Below, piece by piece: positions 1 through 9,272 of a stretch of DNA of 15,776 bases. The notes beneath the pieces were generated by a model, which did not search any database, was not told the origin of the DNA, and saw only the letters and a program-made list of their open reading frames with translations. Location: assembly GCA_040005235.1 (NCBI GenBank), contig JBDTZG010000094.1, positions 1-15,776 of the forward strand, read 5' to 3'. Positions within the stretch are counted from its first letter, which is position 1; each line of letters opens with the position of its first letter. The translations under genes were made by a program, and so were the position numbers. This DNA is from Acidobacteriota bacterium. Its GTDB lineage: Bacteria > Acidobacteriota > Thermoanaerobaculia > Multivoradales > UBA5704.

Positions 1-1400
1 TGATGGCGCGGGCGACCAACGACCTCCAGGCGGTCCGCATGCTCTGCGGCCCGGCGATCATGTACAGCACGAACACCATCCTGCTCGCGGTCGGCGCGCT
101 CGCGCTGATGGCGCACATCCACCTGGGCCTCACCGGCGTGGCTCTGGCGATCATGCCCCTGGTGGCGATCGCCACCCAGATGTTCGGCGACCGCATCCAT
201 CGCCTGTTCGAAGGGGTGCAGGAGCGTTTCTCCGCCCTCTCGGCCAAGGCGCAGGAGAATCTTTCCGGCGTCCGCGTCGTCCGGGCCTACGCCCAAGAGG
301 AGCGGGAGATCGACGCCTTCGGCTCGGTCAACGCCGCCTACGTCGAAGGCAACCGCCGGCTGATCATCTGGCAGGCCGCGTTCTTCCCCGCGCTCCAGGG
401 GCTCGCCGGAATCGCCACGGTGGCGGTCCTCTATTTCGGCGGCAAGCTCGCGATCTCGGGCCGGATCACGGTGGGCGAATTCGTCACTTTCAACACCCTG
501 CTCGCCCGGATGGTCTGGCCGATGATCGCGCTCGGCTGGGTGATCAATCTGGTCCAGCGGGGCACCGCGTCGCTCGGCCGCATGCGCCTCGTGCTCGAAG
601 CCGAGCCGGCGATCAAGGACGAACCACCATTTGCCGAGCCCTCGCGCTTCGCCGGGGAGGTGCGGTTCAAGGACCTGTCGTTCTCCTACCGGCCCGGCCT
701 GCCGCCCGCGCTCCACGACATTTCGCTCGACGTTCCGGCCGGCAGCACCGTCGCGATCGTCGGCCGCACCGGCTCGGGGAGGAGCACTCTGCTTTCGCTG
801 CTGCCGCGGCTGCTCGATCCGCCGCCCGGCACCCTGTTCCTCGATGGCATCGATCTGCGGCATCTGCCGCTCGAACGGCTGCGGGCGGAAATCGGCATCG
901 TGCCGCAGGAGACGTTTCTCTTCTCGGCCACGCTGGCCGAAAACGTCGCGCTCGGCCGGCCGGACGCGAGCGAAGCCGAGATCCGGCAAGCCGCGGAGCT
1001 GGCCGGCCTCGGCCCCGATCTCACAAGCTTTCCCGCCGGCCTCGAAACCCGGGTGGGCGAGCGCGGCCTGACCCTTTCGGGCGGCCAGAAGCAGAGGGTC
1101 GCGATCGCCCGCGCCCTCCTGCGCCAGCCGCGCATCCTGCTGCTCGACGATTGCCTCTCCGCGGTCGACACCCACACGGAAGAGAGGATTCTCGGCAACC
1201 TCCGGCGCTTTTTCCCCGGCCGGACGGTGTTTCTGGTCTCGCACCGGGTCTCCGCCGTCCAAGGCGCCGATCTGATCGTGGTCCTCGACCAGGGCCGGAT
1301 CGCCGAGAGCGGTACGCACGATCAGCTGCTCGCTCAACGAGGCCTCTACGCCGAGCTCGCCGAGCGCCAGCAGCTGGAGGAAGAGCTGGCCGCCGTTTGA
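1..1400 (+). CDS. ABC exporter, fused permease + ATP-binding subunit (MdlA/YheI-like, degenerate subunit of a heterodimer); 5' end outside the window
   Basis: TM helices followed by an NBD: Walker [11 protein letters not shown]-loop VPQE, signature LSGGQKQR, Walker B ILLLDD, H-loop SHR. The ORF starts mid-TMD at the window edge. Confidence 0.92.
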   Translation, partial: MARATNDLQAVRMLCGPAIMYSTNTILLAVGALALMAHIHLGLTGVALAIMPLVAIATQMFGDRIHRLFEGVQERFSALSAKAQENLSGVRVVRAYAQEEREIDAFGSVNAAYVEGNRRLIIWQAAFFPALQGLAGIATVAVLYFGGKLAISGRITVGEFVTFNTLLARMVWPMIALGWVINLVQRGTASLGRMRLVLEAEPAIKDEPPFAEPSRFAGEVRFKDLSFSYRPGLPPALHDISLDVPAGSTVAIVGRTGSGRSTLLSLLPRLLDPPPGTLFLDGIDLRHLPLERLRAEIGIVPQETFLFSATLAENVALGRPDASEAEIRQAAELAGLGPDLTSFPAGLETRVGERGLTLSGGQKQRVAIARALLRQPRILLLDDCLSAVDTHTEERILGNLRRFFPGRTVFLVSHRVSAVQGADLIVVLDQGRIAESGTHDQLLAQRGLYAELAERQQLEEELAAV

Positions 1401-1426
1401 CGTTCTCCCTGTCGGGAGGAACATCC

Positions 1427-2338
1427 ATGCGCGTCATCATCACCGGCGGCACCGGCCTAGTCGGCACGGCCCTCGCCGCCCGGCTCGCCGCCGAAGGGCA
1501 CGAACCGATCGTCCTGTCCCGCAACCCGGAGAAGGCAATAGCCGCTCTCCCGCCCGGCGTGCGCGCCGAGGAGTGGGACGGCGAAAGCGGCGCCGGTTGG
1601 TCGAAGCTGATCGATTCCAACACCGCGATCGTCCACCTCGCGGGGGCGGGAGTGGCCGACGCTCGCTGGAGCCCAGCGCGCAAACGCGAGATCCGTAACA
1701 GCCGGATCCTCTCGGGCAGCGCCGTGCTCGCGGGCGTCAGGGCGGCAGCCACCAAGCCTCGCGTCCTACTCCAAGCCTCGGCGGTCGGCTACTACGGTCC
1801 GCGCGGCGACGAGATCGTGACCGAAAGCGACCCGCCCGGGGACACGTTCCTCGCCAATGCCTGCGTCGCGTGGGAAGACTCGACACGCCAAGTCGAGGCC
1901 CTCGGCGTGCGCCGCGCAATCCTCCGCACCGGCCTCGTCCTCACCCCCGAAGGGGGCGCGTTGGGCAAGATGCTCCTGCCGGCCAAGCTCGGAGCGAACG
2001 GCCCCCTGGGCACCGGCCGCCAGGGTTTCCCTTGGATTCACCTCGAAGACGAAATCGGTGCGATTCGTTTCCTGATCGACCGGGAAGACGCCGCCGGCCC
2101 GTTCAACCTAACCGCCCCGAACCCGCCGACCCAAGCCGAATTCGCCAAGGCCCTAGGCCACGTGCTCCACCGCCCCTCGTTCGTCCCCGTCCCCGCTTTC
2201 GCCCTCCGCCTCGCCCTCGGAGAGATGGCCGACATGCTGCTCACCGGCCAACGCGTCGTCCCTAAGCGGCTGCTGGAGCTGGGCTACCGATTTCGCTTCC
2301 CGGACTTGGAGGGGGCGTTGGCGGATCTGCTGGGCTGA
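1427..2338 (+). CDS. TIGR01777 family NAD-dependent epimerase/oxidoreductase (YfcH-like)
   Basis: [13 protein letters not shown] Rossmann motif, [37 protein letters not shown] and C-terminal [16 protein letters not shown] at 1427 with GGAGG SD at 1415-1419. Confidence 0.93.
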   Translation: MRVIITGGTGLVGTALAARLAAEGHEPIVLSRNPEKAIAALPPGVRAEEWDGESGAGWSKLIDSNTAIVHLAGAGVADARWSPARKREIRNSRILSGSAVLAGVRAAATKPRVLLQASAVGYYGPRGDEIVTESDPPGDTFLANACVAWEDSTRQVEALGVRRAILRTGLVLTPEGGALGKMLLPAKLGANGPLGTGRQGFPWIHLEDEIGAIRFLIDREDAAGPFNLTAPNPPTQAEFAKALGHVLHRPSFVPVPAFALRLALGEMADMLLTGQRVVPKRLLELGYRFRFPDLEGALADLLG

Positions 2339-2348
2339 GAGGCATCCC

Positions 2349-3557
2349 TCACCCCTGCCCGAACCGCTCCAAAATCGCCGCCCGCACCGCGAGCCTCAGA
2401 TTCGGCGGGGTGTAGACGCGGTAGCGGTCGATGCGGCCGAGGTGGCTGATGAATTGGCTCGCCTCCCCCACTTCTTCGAAACGGCCGTCGTATTTCTTCA
2501 CCCAGACGCGTTTCTGGCCGAAGCGGTGAGGGTCCTTGGCGGAGTTCGAGATCATCAGATTGCCGTCTCCGAACTCGGCGAACAGGCCGGGAAGGATCGC
2601 CTCGAAGCGCTCTTTCTCCTCCGGCGCCTGATGTTCTTTGGTTTCGAACGCCACGGGAAAATGCTCGCGATCGACCACAGCCCGGGCGTGGACGCTGTCC
2701 GAGGCACGCATCGCTGCGGTCGTGGTCAGGTCGTCCTCTGCCAGAAACTTCTCCGGATCGGCCGACCAGCGGGCGCCGGTTTCGAGCAGCCAGGCGTTCA
2801 GGTGCAGCTCCATCGCCTTGCCGGTGGCGTTGAAATAGACCTGGGTGAACATGTAGTACCGAGCCATGACCAGCGCTTCCAGGGCGTGGATTCCGCCTTC
2901 GTCAACTCCGATGCCCCAAGCTCCGGTCTCCGGATCGGCGAGCGGCAGGATCGTCTCCAACACCCGGTCGAGGTCGTAATGGCCGTAGCGGACGCCGCAG
3001 AACAGGCTGTCGCGCAGCAGGTAGTCCATCTTGTCGACATCCAGCTCGCCCGAGACGATCTGGCAGAGCAGGCGATCGACCGGCTGATCGAACTTTCCGC
3101 CGAGCAGCCGCGCCACGTCCTCCGGCGCGATCCCCTCGCCGAAGCGCTCGAAGATCTCCCGCACGTCGGGCAGATCGAGCAGCCGTCGGGTCATCTCCTC
3201 ATGATCGATGCCACCTTCGAACAGCTCCTCGGCCGAATGAGAAAACGGCGCGTGCCCCTGATCGTGAAGCAGCGCCGCCACCCGAGCGAGGCGCCGTTCC
3301 CGGCTGGTCGGCCCGACCGGCAGGGGAGCCGTCCCCCGCGCCGCGAGCGCGTCGTAAACCCGGCCCGCCAGGTGCATCGCGCCGAGCGCGTGGCTGAACC
3401 GGCTGTGCTCCGCCCCCGGGTAGACGAACGAGGTAAGGCCCAACTGGCGAATCCAGCGCAGCCGCTGAAGCGGCCGGCTGTTGACCAGCGCGGCTTCCAG
3501 CGGATCGGCATGGACGAAACCGTGGACCGGATCGCGAAGGGAGAGTGCGTTCGGCAA
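2349..3557 (-). CDS. HD-domain phosphohydrolase (COG1078, SAMHD1-like dNTP triphosphohydrolase family)
   Basis: RDPVHG, LQRLRWIRQLG, YPGAEHSRFSHALG, LLHDQGHAPFSH, DVDKMDYLLRDS and ARYYMFTQVY motifs. TTG start. Confidence 0.9.
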   Translation of the reverse strand: MPNALSLRDPVHGFVHADPLEAALVNSRPLQRLRWIRQLGLTSFVYPGAEHSRFSHALGAMHLAGRVYDALAARGTAPLPVGPTSRERRLARVAALLHDQGHAPFSHSAEELFEGGIDHEEMTRRLLDLPDVREIFERFGEGIAPEDVARLLGGKFDQPVDRLLCQIVSGELDVDKMDYLLRDSLFCGVRYGHYDLDRVLETILPLADPETGAWGIGVDEGGIHALEALVMARYYMFTQVYFNATGKAMELHLNAWLLETGARWSADPEKFLAEDDLTTTAAMRASDSVHARAVVDREHFPVAFETKEHQAPEEKERFEAILPGLFAEFGDGNLMISNSAKDPHRFGQKRVWVKKYDGRFEEVGEASQFISHLGRIDRYRVYTPPNLRLAVRAAILERFGQG

Positions 3558-3563
3558 GCTTCG

Positions 3564-3569
3564 ATGATA
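3564..3569 (-). promoter_or_regulatory. Putative -10 element (TATCAT) 6 nt before the HD gene TTG; leaderless promoter
   Basis: Minus strand reads CCGT-TATCAT-CGAAGC-TTG; no SD present. Confidence 0.5.
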
Positions 3570-3581
3570 ACGGAGTCGGCC

Positions 3582-5210
3582 CTACCCATGCCCGCCCGGC
3601 CGCAGTGGATCGAGCGCCGCGAACGCCTTCTCCATCCACTCCCGCGGCACCGGCCCCCAGTGAGTCATCCCCGGCTGTTCGAGATAGGTGACATTCTTGA
3701 AGCCGTCGCTGCGCATTTCCTGGTCCGTCACCCGGGTCTGGGCGCGGTTGAAATCGCGCTCGCCGGTGAACAGGACCAGCCGGCTCCGTTCGCGCGCCAG
3801 GCGCAGCAGATCGTGCGGCGGCTTGCCGAACGGCGCCGGCCAGCTCGCGCCCGGCTTGTCGGCAACCGGCAGGTCGCGGTACCAATCGACCCCCATCATC
3901 ATCAGCGCGCCCCGGAAGAGATCCGGATAGGTGAGCGCCAGGGTGCTCGCGGCGCGGGCGCCGCCCGAGTGTCCTGCGGCGTACACGCGGGTGGGATCGA
4001 TCTTGTACAGGCGCTCCATCTGCTCGGCAGCATCTACCGCCAGCCCCCAGCGATCGACCCGGGAGCGCTCGTTGCCGGCCTGGTTGGCGGCCACCCAAAT
4101 CAGCCGGTGGGCGGAGAGGATCTCGGCCACGGCCGGTCCGGTGATTCCCGACGGGCCGCCGAACTCCCACGGGGAGACCCAGACCACCAGCCCCCAGCCC
4201 GCGGGCGGCGGATCGCCCTCCGGCACCAATACCTCGAAACTCTCGTCGGCGAGCTTGTAGGCGAGCGCCTGAGGCGTCTCCTTGAGCACCTTTTCGCGGT
4301 TCAGATTCGCGCGCCGCAACACCTCAGGCAGAGCGCTCAAGGGGGAGCGTTCGACAAACGCCACTTTGTAGCTGCCCGGCCGGCCGGCGCGCGGGGCCTC
4401 GGCCGGAGCGGCGAGCCGGGCGGCGATGGCGGGCGGCAGCTCTTCCTTGGGCGCCTCTTCCTCGGCCGAGTGGATCGCGCCCGAGGCGAGCGCCGCCAGA
4501 AACGCATCGGCCTCGGCCGGGCGTCCCAGCTCTTCGAACAGCAGGTGCAGCAGCTTCTGGAGCGTCGCGTCGGCGGGGGCGATCGTGAGCCCCTCTTCGA
4601 CGGTCGCGACCGCCTTTTCCCGCTCCCCTTCCAGATACCAGGTGCGGGCGATCGCGCTCAACACCTCGGGCCGTTCCGAGCGCGGCAGAGTGCGTACCGC
4701 CTTCTCGTACTCGGCGCGCGCCTCCGCGGGGTGCCCTTGGGCGAGCAGAGCGTTGCCCTTCTCCAGCCAGTTGTAGATCGTGTGGGGGACCTCGGCGCCC
4801 CCGGGCGTCGCTTCGGAAAGCGGCCGCATGCGAATGCGGGTCGTCGCTCCCGGCCCCTCCTCCGCCACCTCCACCCACCCTTCCGCCATGATCCACCCGG
4901 GAGCCTCGACCGTCAGCTTCCAGCGCCCCGCCCCGAGCCCTAACAGCGCCCATTTGCCGCTCGCATCGGTGGTGACCGGCGGCGGGCCGATGGGAGGCGC
5001 CCCCAGCCGAAGCGTCACCGTCGCTCCGGAGAGCGGCTTGCCATCGGCATCCAAAACCTGGCCGCTCGCCCGTCCCAATCCGGTCGCGAGCCCTGCGGGC
5101 TTCTCTTCCTCCTGCGCCAGGATCCCGCCGCCGAGCAGCAGCGCAAGGGCGAGCCCGAGCACGGGAGGGAAGGAGGCGGCGGGAGCGGGCTTGGCTCTCT
5201 TGGCGGGCAC
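3582..5210 (-). CDS. Secreted protein: carboxypeptidase-regulatory-like domain + TPR + C-terminal alpha/beta hydrolase (esterase/depolymerase-like)
   Basis: Signal peptide (LGLALALLLGGGILA-QEE). SGQVLDADGKPLSGATVTL...TDASGKWALLGLGAGRWKLTVEAPGW is a Cna-B/CarboxypepD_reg pattern. TPR helices (EKGNALLAQGHPAEARAEYEKA). Nucleophile elbow IDPTRVYAAGHSGGA, then GERD and GMTH. Start GTG at 5210 is inferred. Confidence 0.8.
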   Translation of the reverse strand: MPAKRAKPAPAASFPPVLGLALALLLGGGILAQEEEKPAGLATGLGRASGQVLDADGKPLSGATVTLRLGAPPIGPPPVTTDASGKWALLGLGAGRWKLTVEAPGWIMAEGWVEVAEEGPGATTRIRMRPLSEATPGGAEVPHTIYNWLEKGNALLAQGHPAEARAEYEKAVRTLPRSERPEVLSAIARTWYLEGEREKAVATVEEGLTIAPADATLQKLLHLLFEELGRPAEADAFLAALASGAIHSAEEEAPKEELPPAIAARLAAPAEAPRAGRPGSYKVAFVERSPLSALPEVLRRANLNREKVLKETPQALAYKLADESFEVLVPEGDPPPAGWGLVVWVSPWEFGGPSGITGPAVAEILSAHRLIWVAANQAGNERSRVDRWGLAVDAAEQMERLYKIDPTRVYAAGHSGGARAASTLALTYPDLFRGALMMMGVDWYRDLPVADKPGASWPAPFGKPPHDLLRLARERSRLVLFTGERDFNRAQTRVTDQEMRSDGFKNVTYLEQPGMTHWGPVPREWMEKAFAALDPLRPGGHG

Positions 5211-5216
5211 GGTCGA

Positions 5217-5225
5217 AGAATAGCA
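5217..5225 (-). promoter_or_regulatory. Putative extended -10 (TGnTATTCT) 6 nt before GTG 5210; leaderless promoter
   Basis: Minus strand reads TGC-TATTCT-TCGACC-GTG. Confidence 0.55.
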
Positions 5226-5241
5226 AAAGGGAGCGCGCTCC

Positions 5242-6645
5242 CTACTCCGCGAGCACCCGCTCGACCGCAGCCACCGTCCGCGCAATGTCGGCCTCGCCGG
5301 TCCGCCAGTTGACGACGCTGATCCGCATCACCCGCCGCCCCTCCCAGCTGACACCGCCGAAGAACGCCTCGCCGCTCTGGTTGATCCGCTCGATGACGCG
5401 GTCGGTCCAGGCGTCGTGGTCTTCGGGAGTCGCCTCGGTACGCGGATCGAGGAAGCGCACCAGCCCCTGGTTCAGGCGAGCGGAAGCGACGATTTCGGCG
5501 CCCGGCAGCGAGCCGATCCCGCGGACCAGCGCCTCGCACTGATCGCAATTGCGCTCGATCATCGCGGCCAGCCCGTCGCGGCCCAGCTCGCGGAGGGCGG
5601 CATAGACGGCGAACCCGCGCGCCCGGCGCGACCATTCGGGGGTCCAATCGATTTGATCGCGCGCCTGGGTTTCGCCGACGAAATACGAGTCGTGGATGGT
5701 GAAGGCGCGCCGGTGCGCCTCCGGGTTCCGAACCGCGGCAAAGCCACAGTCCTGCGGCACGTTCAGCCATTTGTGGCAGTCGGTCGCCCAGCTGTCGGCG
5801 AGATCCATCCCCTCCACCAGCGAGGCGAAGCGCTCGCTCACCCGGGCGAACAGGCCGAACGCACCGTCCACGTGAACCCAGGCGCCCTGGCGTTGGGCGA
5901 TCGGGATCAGCGCGTGAAACGGATCGAACGCCCCGGTGTTCAGATCGGCGGCGTTCAGGGAGACGATCGTGGGAGACGCCGGCCCGCTGCCCGCCGAGAG
6001 CGCCGCTTCCAGATCCGCCGGCCGGATCGCGCCGTCAGAATCGACCGGCAGGACCGTGATCTGGCGCGAGCCGATCCCCAGATACCGCAACGCGCGATCG
6101 ACCGACACGTGGCGCACGGCGCTCGCGAACACCCGGATCGGTGGGCTCCCCGCCATTCCCTGCTCGGCGACCTGCCAGCCCGCCTGCCCCAGCACCTGAT
6201 CGCGCGCGGCGGCGAGCGCGGTGAAATGCGCCATCTGGCAACCGGTGGTGAAAGCGAACGAGGCCGAAGCCGGCAAACGCAGCACGTCGAGCAGCCACTT
6301 GCCCGCGACCTCCTCGACCACCGACGCCGCGGGCGACGTGCCATAGATCGCCGAGTTCTGATCCCAGGTGCTCGCCAGCCAATCCGCGGCAAGCGCCGAA
6401 GGGAGCACCCCGCCGATCACCCAAGCAAAAAAGCGCCCGCCCGTATTGCCGAGCTGCCCCCCATCGGCAGCGCGGACCAGGTCGTCCACCACCTGCGCCG
6501 CGGGCTGGCCCTCGCGGGAGAGCGGCACGTCGAAACGCGAAAGAAGGGTCTCGCGAGAAACGGTCGCGGCCACCGAACGGGTGCCGAGATCGTCGAGGTA
6601 ACGGTGGGCGTGGAGGAGGGCGCGGTCGAGGGCGGTGTCGGTCAT
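5242..6645 (-). CDS. PLP-dependent group II decarboxylase (aromatic-L-amino-acid/glutamate decarboxylase family)
   Basis: GRFFAWVIGG, WDQN, HVSVDRA, NTGAFD, WVHVDGAFG, ADSWATDCHKWLNVP (PLP lysine), PEWSRRARG, MRISVVNWRT. ATG at 6645 (MTDTALD) is the preferred start. Confidence 0.93.
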   Translation of the reverse strand: MTDTALDRALLHAHRYLDDLGTRSVAATVSRETLLSRFDVPLSREGQPAAQVVDDLVRAADGGQLGNTGGRFFAWVIGGVLPSALAADWLASTWDQNSAIYGTSPAASVVEEVAGKWLLDVLRLPASASFAFTTGCQMAHFTALAAARDQVLGQAGWQVAEQGMAGSPPIRVFASAVRHVSVDRALRYLGIGSRQITVLPVDSDGAIRPADLEAALSAGSGPASPTIVSLNAADLNTGAFDPFHALIPIAQRQGAWVHVDGAFGLFARVSERFASLVEGMDLADSWATDCHKWLNVPQDCGFAAVRNPEAHRRAFTIHDSYFVGETQARDQIDWTPEWSRRARGFAVYAALRELGRDGLAAMIERNCDQCEALVRGIGSLPGAEIVASARLNQGLVRFLDPRTEATPEDHDAWTDRVIERINQSGEAFFGGVSWEGRRVMRISVVNWRTGEADIARTVAAVERVLAE

Positions 6646-6709
6646 TTGGGGTGGAACGATAAGGGGGTGCGCGGACCTACGGCAACCGCGAAGAAAGGGA
6701 TCGCGCTTC

Positions 6710-6738
6710 TTGCCGCCTCCCACCCCGCTCTCTACAAT
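6710..6738 (+). promoter_or_regulatory. Sigma70-type promoter TTGCCG-N17-TACAAT for the 6790 gene
   Basis: TTGCCG at 6710-6715, 17-bp spacer, TACAAT at 6733-6738, within the divergent intergenic region. GGGAG SD-like sequence near 6774-6778. Confidence 0.65.
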
Positions 6739-6789
6739 CGATCGCGCTCGCGATCTGGCGACTAACTCGCATAGGGAGAAGGCGAAGCG

Positions 6790-7389
6790 ATGAATAAGCC
6801 GGGACGTTGTCTCGTAGGGCTAGGTCTGTTTCTCTTCCTCGCGACCATTCCGACCTTTGCGGAGAACCCGGCCGCTTCGAAAGTCGCGGTCGCTGCTCCT
6901 GCGGCTCCCCGGGACGGCCAGAAGGATTTCGATTTCGAGATCGGGAGTTGGCGCACACATCTGAAGCGGCTTCAGCACCCGCTCACCGGTTCGACCACTT
7001 GGGTCGAATATGAGGGGACGACGGTGGTCCGCAAGGTCTGGGAGGGCCGGGCCAATCTGGTGGAGCTGGTGGTCGACGGCCCGGCGGGTCATATCGAGGC
7101 GCTCTCTCTGCGCCTCTACAATCCGGAATCCCGGCAGTGGAGCCTGAATTTTTCCAGCAGCGCCGGGGGCACGATGAGCCCTCCCTCGATCGGCGAATTC
7201 AAGAACGGCAGGGGCGAGTTCTACTCCCAGGAAACGCTGAGCGGCCGGTCGATCCTGGTTCGCTTCGTCATCTCCGAGATCACGCCGACTTCGTGCCATT
7301 TCGAGCAGGCGTTCTCGGACGACGGGGGCAAGACTTGGGAGACCAATTGGATCGCGACCGATACCCGCGTTTCTGAGGGCGCGGGCTGA
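6790..7389 (+). CDS. Secreted beta-barrel-like hypothetical protein (DUF1579-like)
   Basis: Signal peptide ending TFA-EN. DFDFEIGSW...W.E.EG, LRLYNP..RQWS and FEQAFSDDGGKTWETNW are typical of this family. Confidence 0.75.
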   Translation: MNKPGRCLVGLGLFLFLATIPTFAENPAASKVAVAAPAAPRDGQKDFDFEIGSWRTHLKRLQHPLTGSTTWVEYEGTTVVRKVWEGRANLVELVVDGPAGHIEALSLRLYNPESRQWSLNFSSSAGGTMSPPSIGEFKNGRGEFYSQETLSGRSILVRFVISEITPTSCHFEQAFSDDGGKTWETNWIATDTRVSEGAG

Positions 7390-7408
7390 AGCGGACGCGG
7401 CGCTTTTT
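7389..7408 (+). terminator. Possible intrinsic terminator
   Basis: AAGCG-GACGCGG-CGCTT-TTT directly after the stop codon. The stem is short. Confidence 0.35.
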
Positions 7409-7492
7409 GGGTGGGCTCCGGTGATTGGATACAAAAGCGCCAGGCTGGAGCCTGGCGAGCCCAGGTTCTTCCGTGCGTGTAAGAATCGGCCT

Positions 7493-8386
7493 ATGAACAG
7501 CTCGCCTGCGATTTCTCGCCGTCCCTCCCGACACACCCTCCCGGTCGCCTTCGCCGTCCTTCTTTCCACCGCCCCCCTACTCGCCCAGGTCGAGGCGATT
7601 GCGGAGGGGGACGCTGCGTTTGCCCGGCGGGCGGAGGGGGCTAAGGGCGCGCGGGCGGTCGCGGGGCCGATCGATCAGGCGATTGCGGGGTATGAGAAGG
7701 CTTTGAAGGCGAAGCCGGGGCAGCTGGAGGCGTCTTGGAAGCTGCTGCGGGCTTTGCACTTCAAGGGGGAGTACGTGGCGACGACGTCGGAGGCGAAGCA
7801 GGCGGCGTTCGGCCGGGGCAAAGAGGTGGTGGAGGCGGCGATCGGCGAGTTGGGCAAGCGCGTCGGCGGCCGGGCGAAGCTGGATGCGATGACTCCCGCC
7901 GCGGCGGCGAAGGCGCTGGCTGGCGTGCCGGAGGCGGGCTATGTCTTCCTTTGGGGCGCCGTCGATTGGGGGCTCTGGGGCGATGCTTTCGGCAAGCTGG
8001 CCGCGGCGCGGCAGGGGGTGGGCGACAAGGTGCGGCGCTATGGTGAGATCGTGCTGGCAGGCGATCCGCGCTTCGAAGAGGCGGGGGGCTACCGACTGCT
8101 CGGCCGTCTCAATACGCTCGCTCCGAAGGTGCCGTTCATCACCGGCTGGGTCGATCGCGACTTCGCCATCGACTCTTTGAAGAAAGCGGTGGCGATCGCG
8201 CCGCAGAACCCGTACAACCAGCTCTACCTGGCCGACGCGCTGCTGCAATACCGCTCGGCGGCCAAGCCGGAGGCGATCGCGATCTTGAAACGGCTCGCCG
8301 CGATGAAACCGACGGCCGAAAAGCCGGTCGAGGACGCCTCGCCGATCGCCGAGGCGAAGGTTCTGCTGAGCAAGAACGGTGGCTGA
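7493..8386 (+). CDS. Secreted TPR-repeat protein (TRAP transporter TatT-like helical protein)
   Basis: Signal peptide (VAFAVLLSTAPLLA-Q) and TPR-like helices (AIAGYEKALKAKPG..., AIDSLKKAVAIAPQNPYNQLYLADAL), plus GGYRLLGRL...P. ATG 7493 is preferred over GTG 7421. Confidence 0.75.
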   Translation: MNSSPAISRRPSRHTLPVAFAVLLSTAPLLAQVEAIAEGDAAFARRAEGAKGARAVAGPIDQAIAGYEKALKAKPGQLEASWKLLRALHFKGEYVATTSEAKQAAFGRGKEVVEAAIGELGKRVGGRAKLDAMTPAAAAKALAGVPEAGYVFLWGAVDWGLWGDAFGKLAAARQGVGDKVRRYGEIVLAGDPRFEEAGGYRLLGRLNTLAPKVPFITGWVDRDFAIDSLKKAVAIAPQNPYNQLYLADALLQYRSAAKPEAIAILKRLAAMKPTAEKPVEDASPIAEAKVLLSKNGG

Positions 8387-9272
8387 AGACCCGCCGCCCC
8401 CTTCGCCTAAGGAGGATCATCTCTCCGGGCGCGGCGCGCCGTTGGTCGCGATCGCGGCGGCGGCGTTCCTTACGGTATTGAAGGGCGCTGCGGCGATTTC
8501 GACCGGCTCGCTGGCTCTGGGCGCCGCGGCGCTCGATTCGCTGATCGACGTGTTCATCTCGACCGCCAACTTCTTCGTGATGCGCCGGGCGGCGCGGCCG
8601 CCGGATGAGGACCACGCGTACGGCCATGGCCGGTTCGAAAATCTCGCGGCGCTCGGCCAGGGGTTATTTCTGGCGGTCGCGGCGGGCGGTCTGGTGGTGG
8701 CGAGCCTTCGCCGTTTGATCTCGGGGTCCGCCCCCGAAAGACTCGGCTGGGGCGCGCTGGTGCTGGTCGTTTCATTGGGCGTGAGCGTCGCGGTGGCGGC
8801 CTGGCTGCGCCGCGCGGCGGTACGGACCGGCAGCCCGGCGCTCGCCGCCGATGCTCTGCATTACGCGACCGATTTCTGGACCAACGGCGCGGCGCTGGTG
8901 GCCCTGCTGATCGTCTCCGGCACCGGCTGGGCCCAGGCCGATCCGCTGGTCGCACTCGGTGTGGCGGGCCTCGTATTCCGCACCGCGGCGAAGCTCGCGC
9001 TCGGCGCGATGTCCGACCTGTCGGATCGCGGCCTGCCGGAGGAGGATCTGGTGCGCGTCCGCGAGATCGTCGAGTCGTTTCGCCCCGACGTGGTGGGGAT
9101 GCACGATCTGAAGACCCGGCGCAGCGGCGGCCAGCGCTTCATCGACCTCCATCTGGAGATTCCGCGCGAAGCGACGTTTGAAGAGGCGCACGACCGGACC
9201 GTGCGCGTGTTGCGCCGGATCGAGGCCGATCTCGCTCCGGCGAAGGTGTTCGTCCACAGCGACCCGGTCTGA
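8379..9272 (+). CDS. Cation diffusion facilitator (FieF/YiiP-like metal efflux transporter)
   Basis: TGSLAL.A.ALDSLID (TM2 DxxxD), PPDEDHAYGHGRFE, ADALHYATD (TM5 HxxxD), ADPL, and CTD HDLKTRRSG...DLHLE...EAHD...VHSDP. Overlaps the upstream stop by 8 nt. Confidence 0.93.
   Translation: MAEDPPPPSPKEDHLSGRGAPLVAIAAAAFLTVLKGAAAISTGSLALGAAALDSLIDVFISTANFFVMRRAARPPDEDHAYGHGRFENLAALGQGLFLAVAAGGLVVASLRRLISGSAPERLGWGALVLVVSLGVSVAVAAWLRRAAVRTGSPALAADALHYATDFWTNGAALVALLIVSGTGWAQADPLVALGVAGLVFRTAAKLALGAMSDLSDRGLPEEDLVRVREIVESFRPDVVGMHDLKTRRSGGQRFIDLHLEIPREATFEEAHDRTVRVLRRIEADLAPAKVFVHSDPV

Noticed and set aside
1151-1426. N-terminal extension of the TIGR01777 ORF
   Set aside because: It overlaps the ABC gene; the SD and Rossmann motif place the start at 1427.
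2442-4943. 833-aa plus-strand ORF
   Set aside because: Antisense shadow of the HD and hydrolase genes in high-GC DNA, with no recognisable motifs.
5416-6765. 449-aa plus-strand ORF
   Set aside because: Antisense shadow of the decarboxylase gene.
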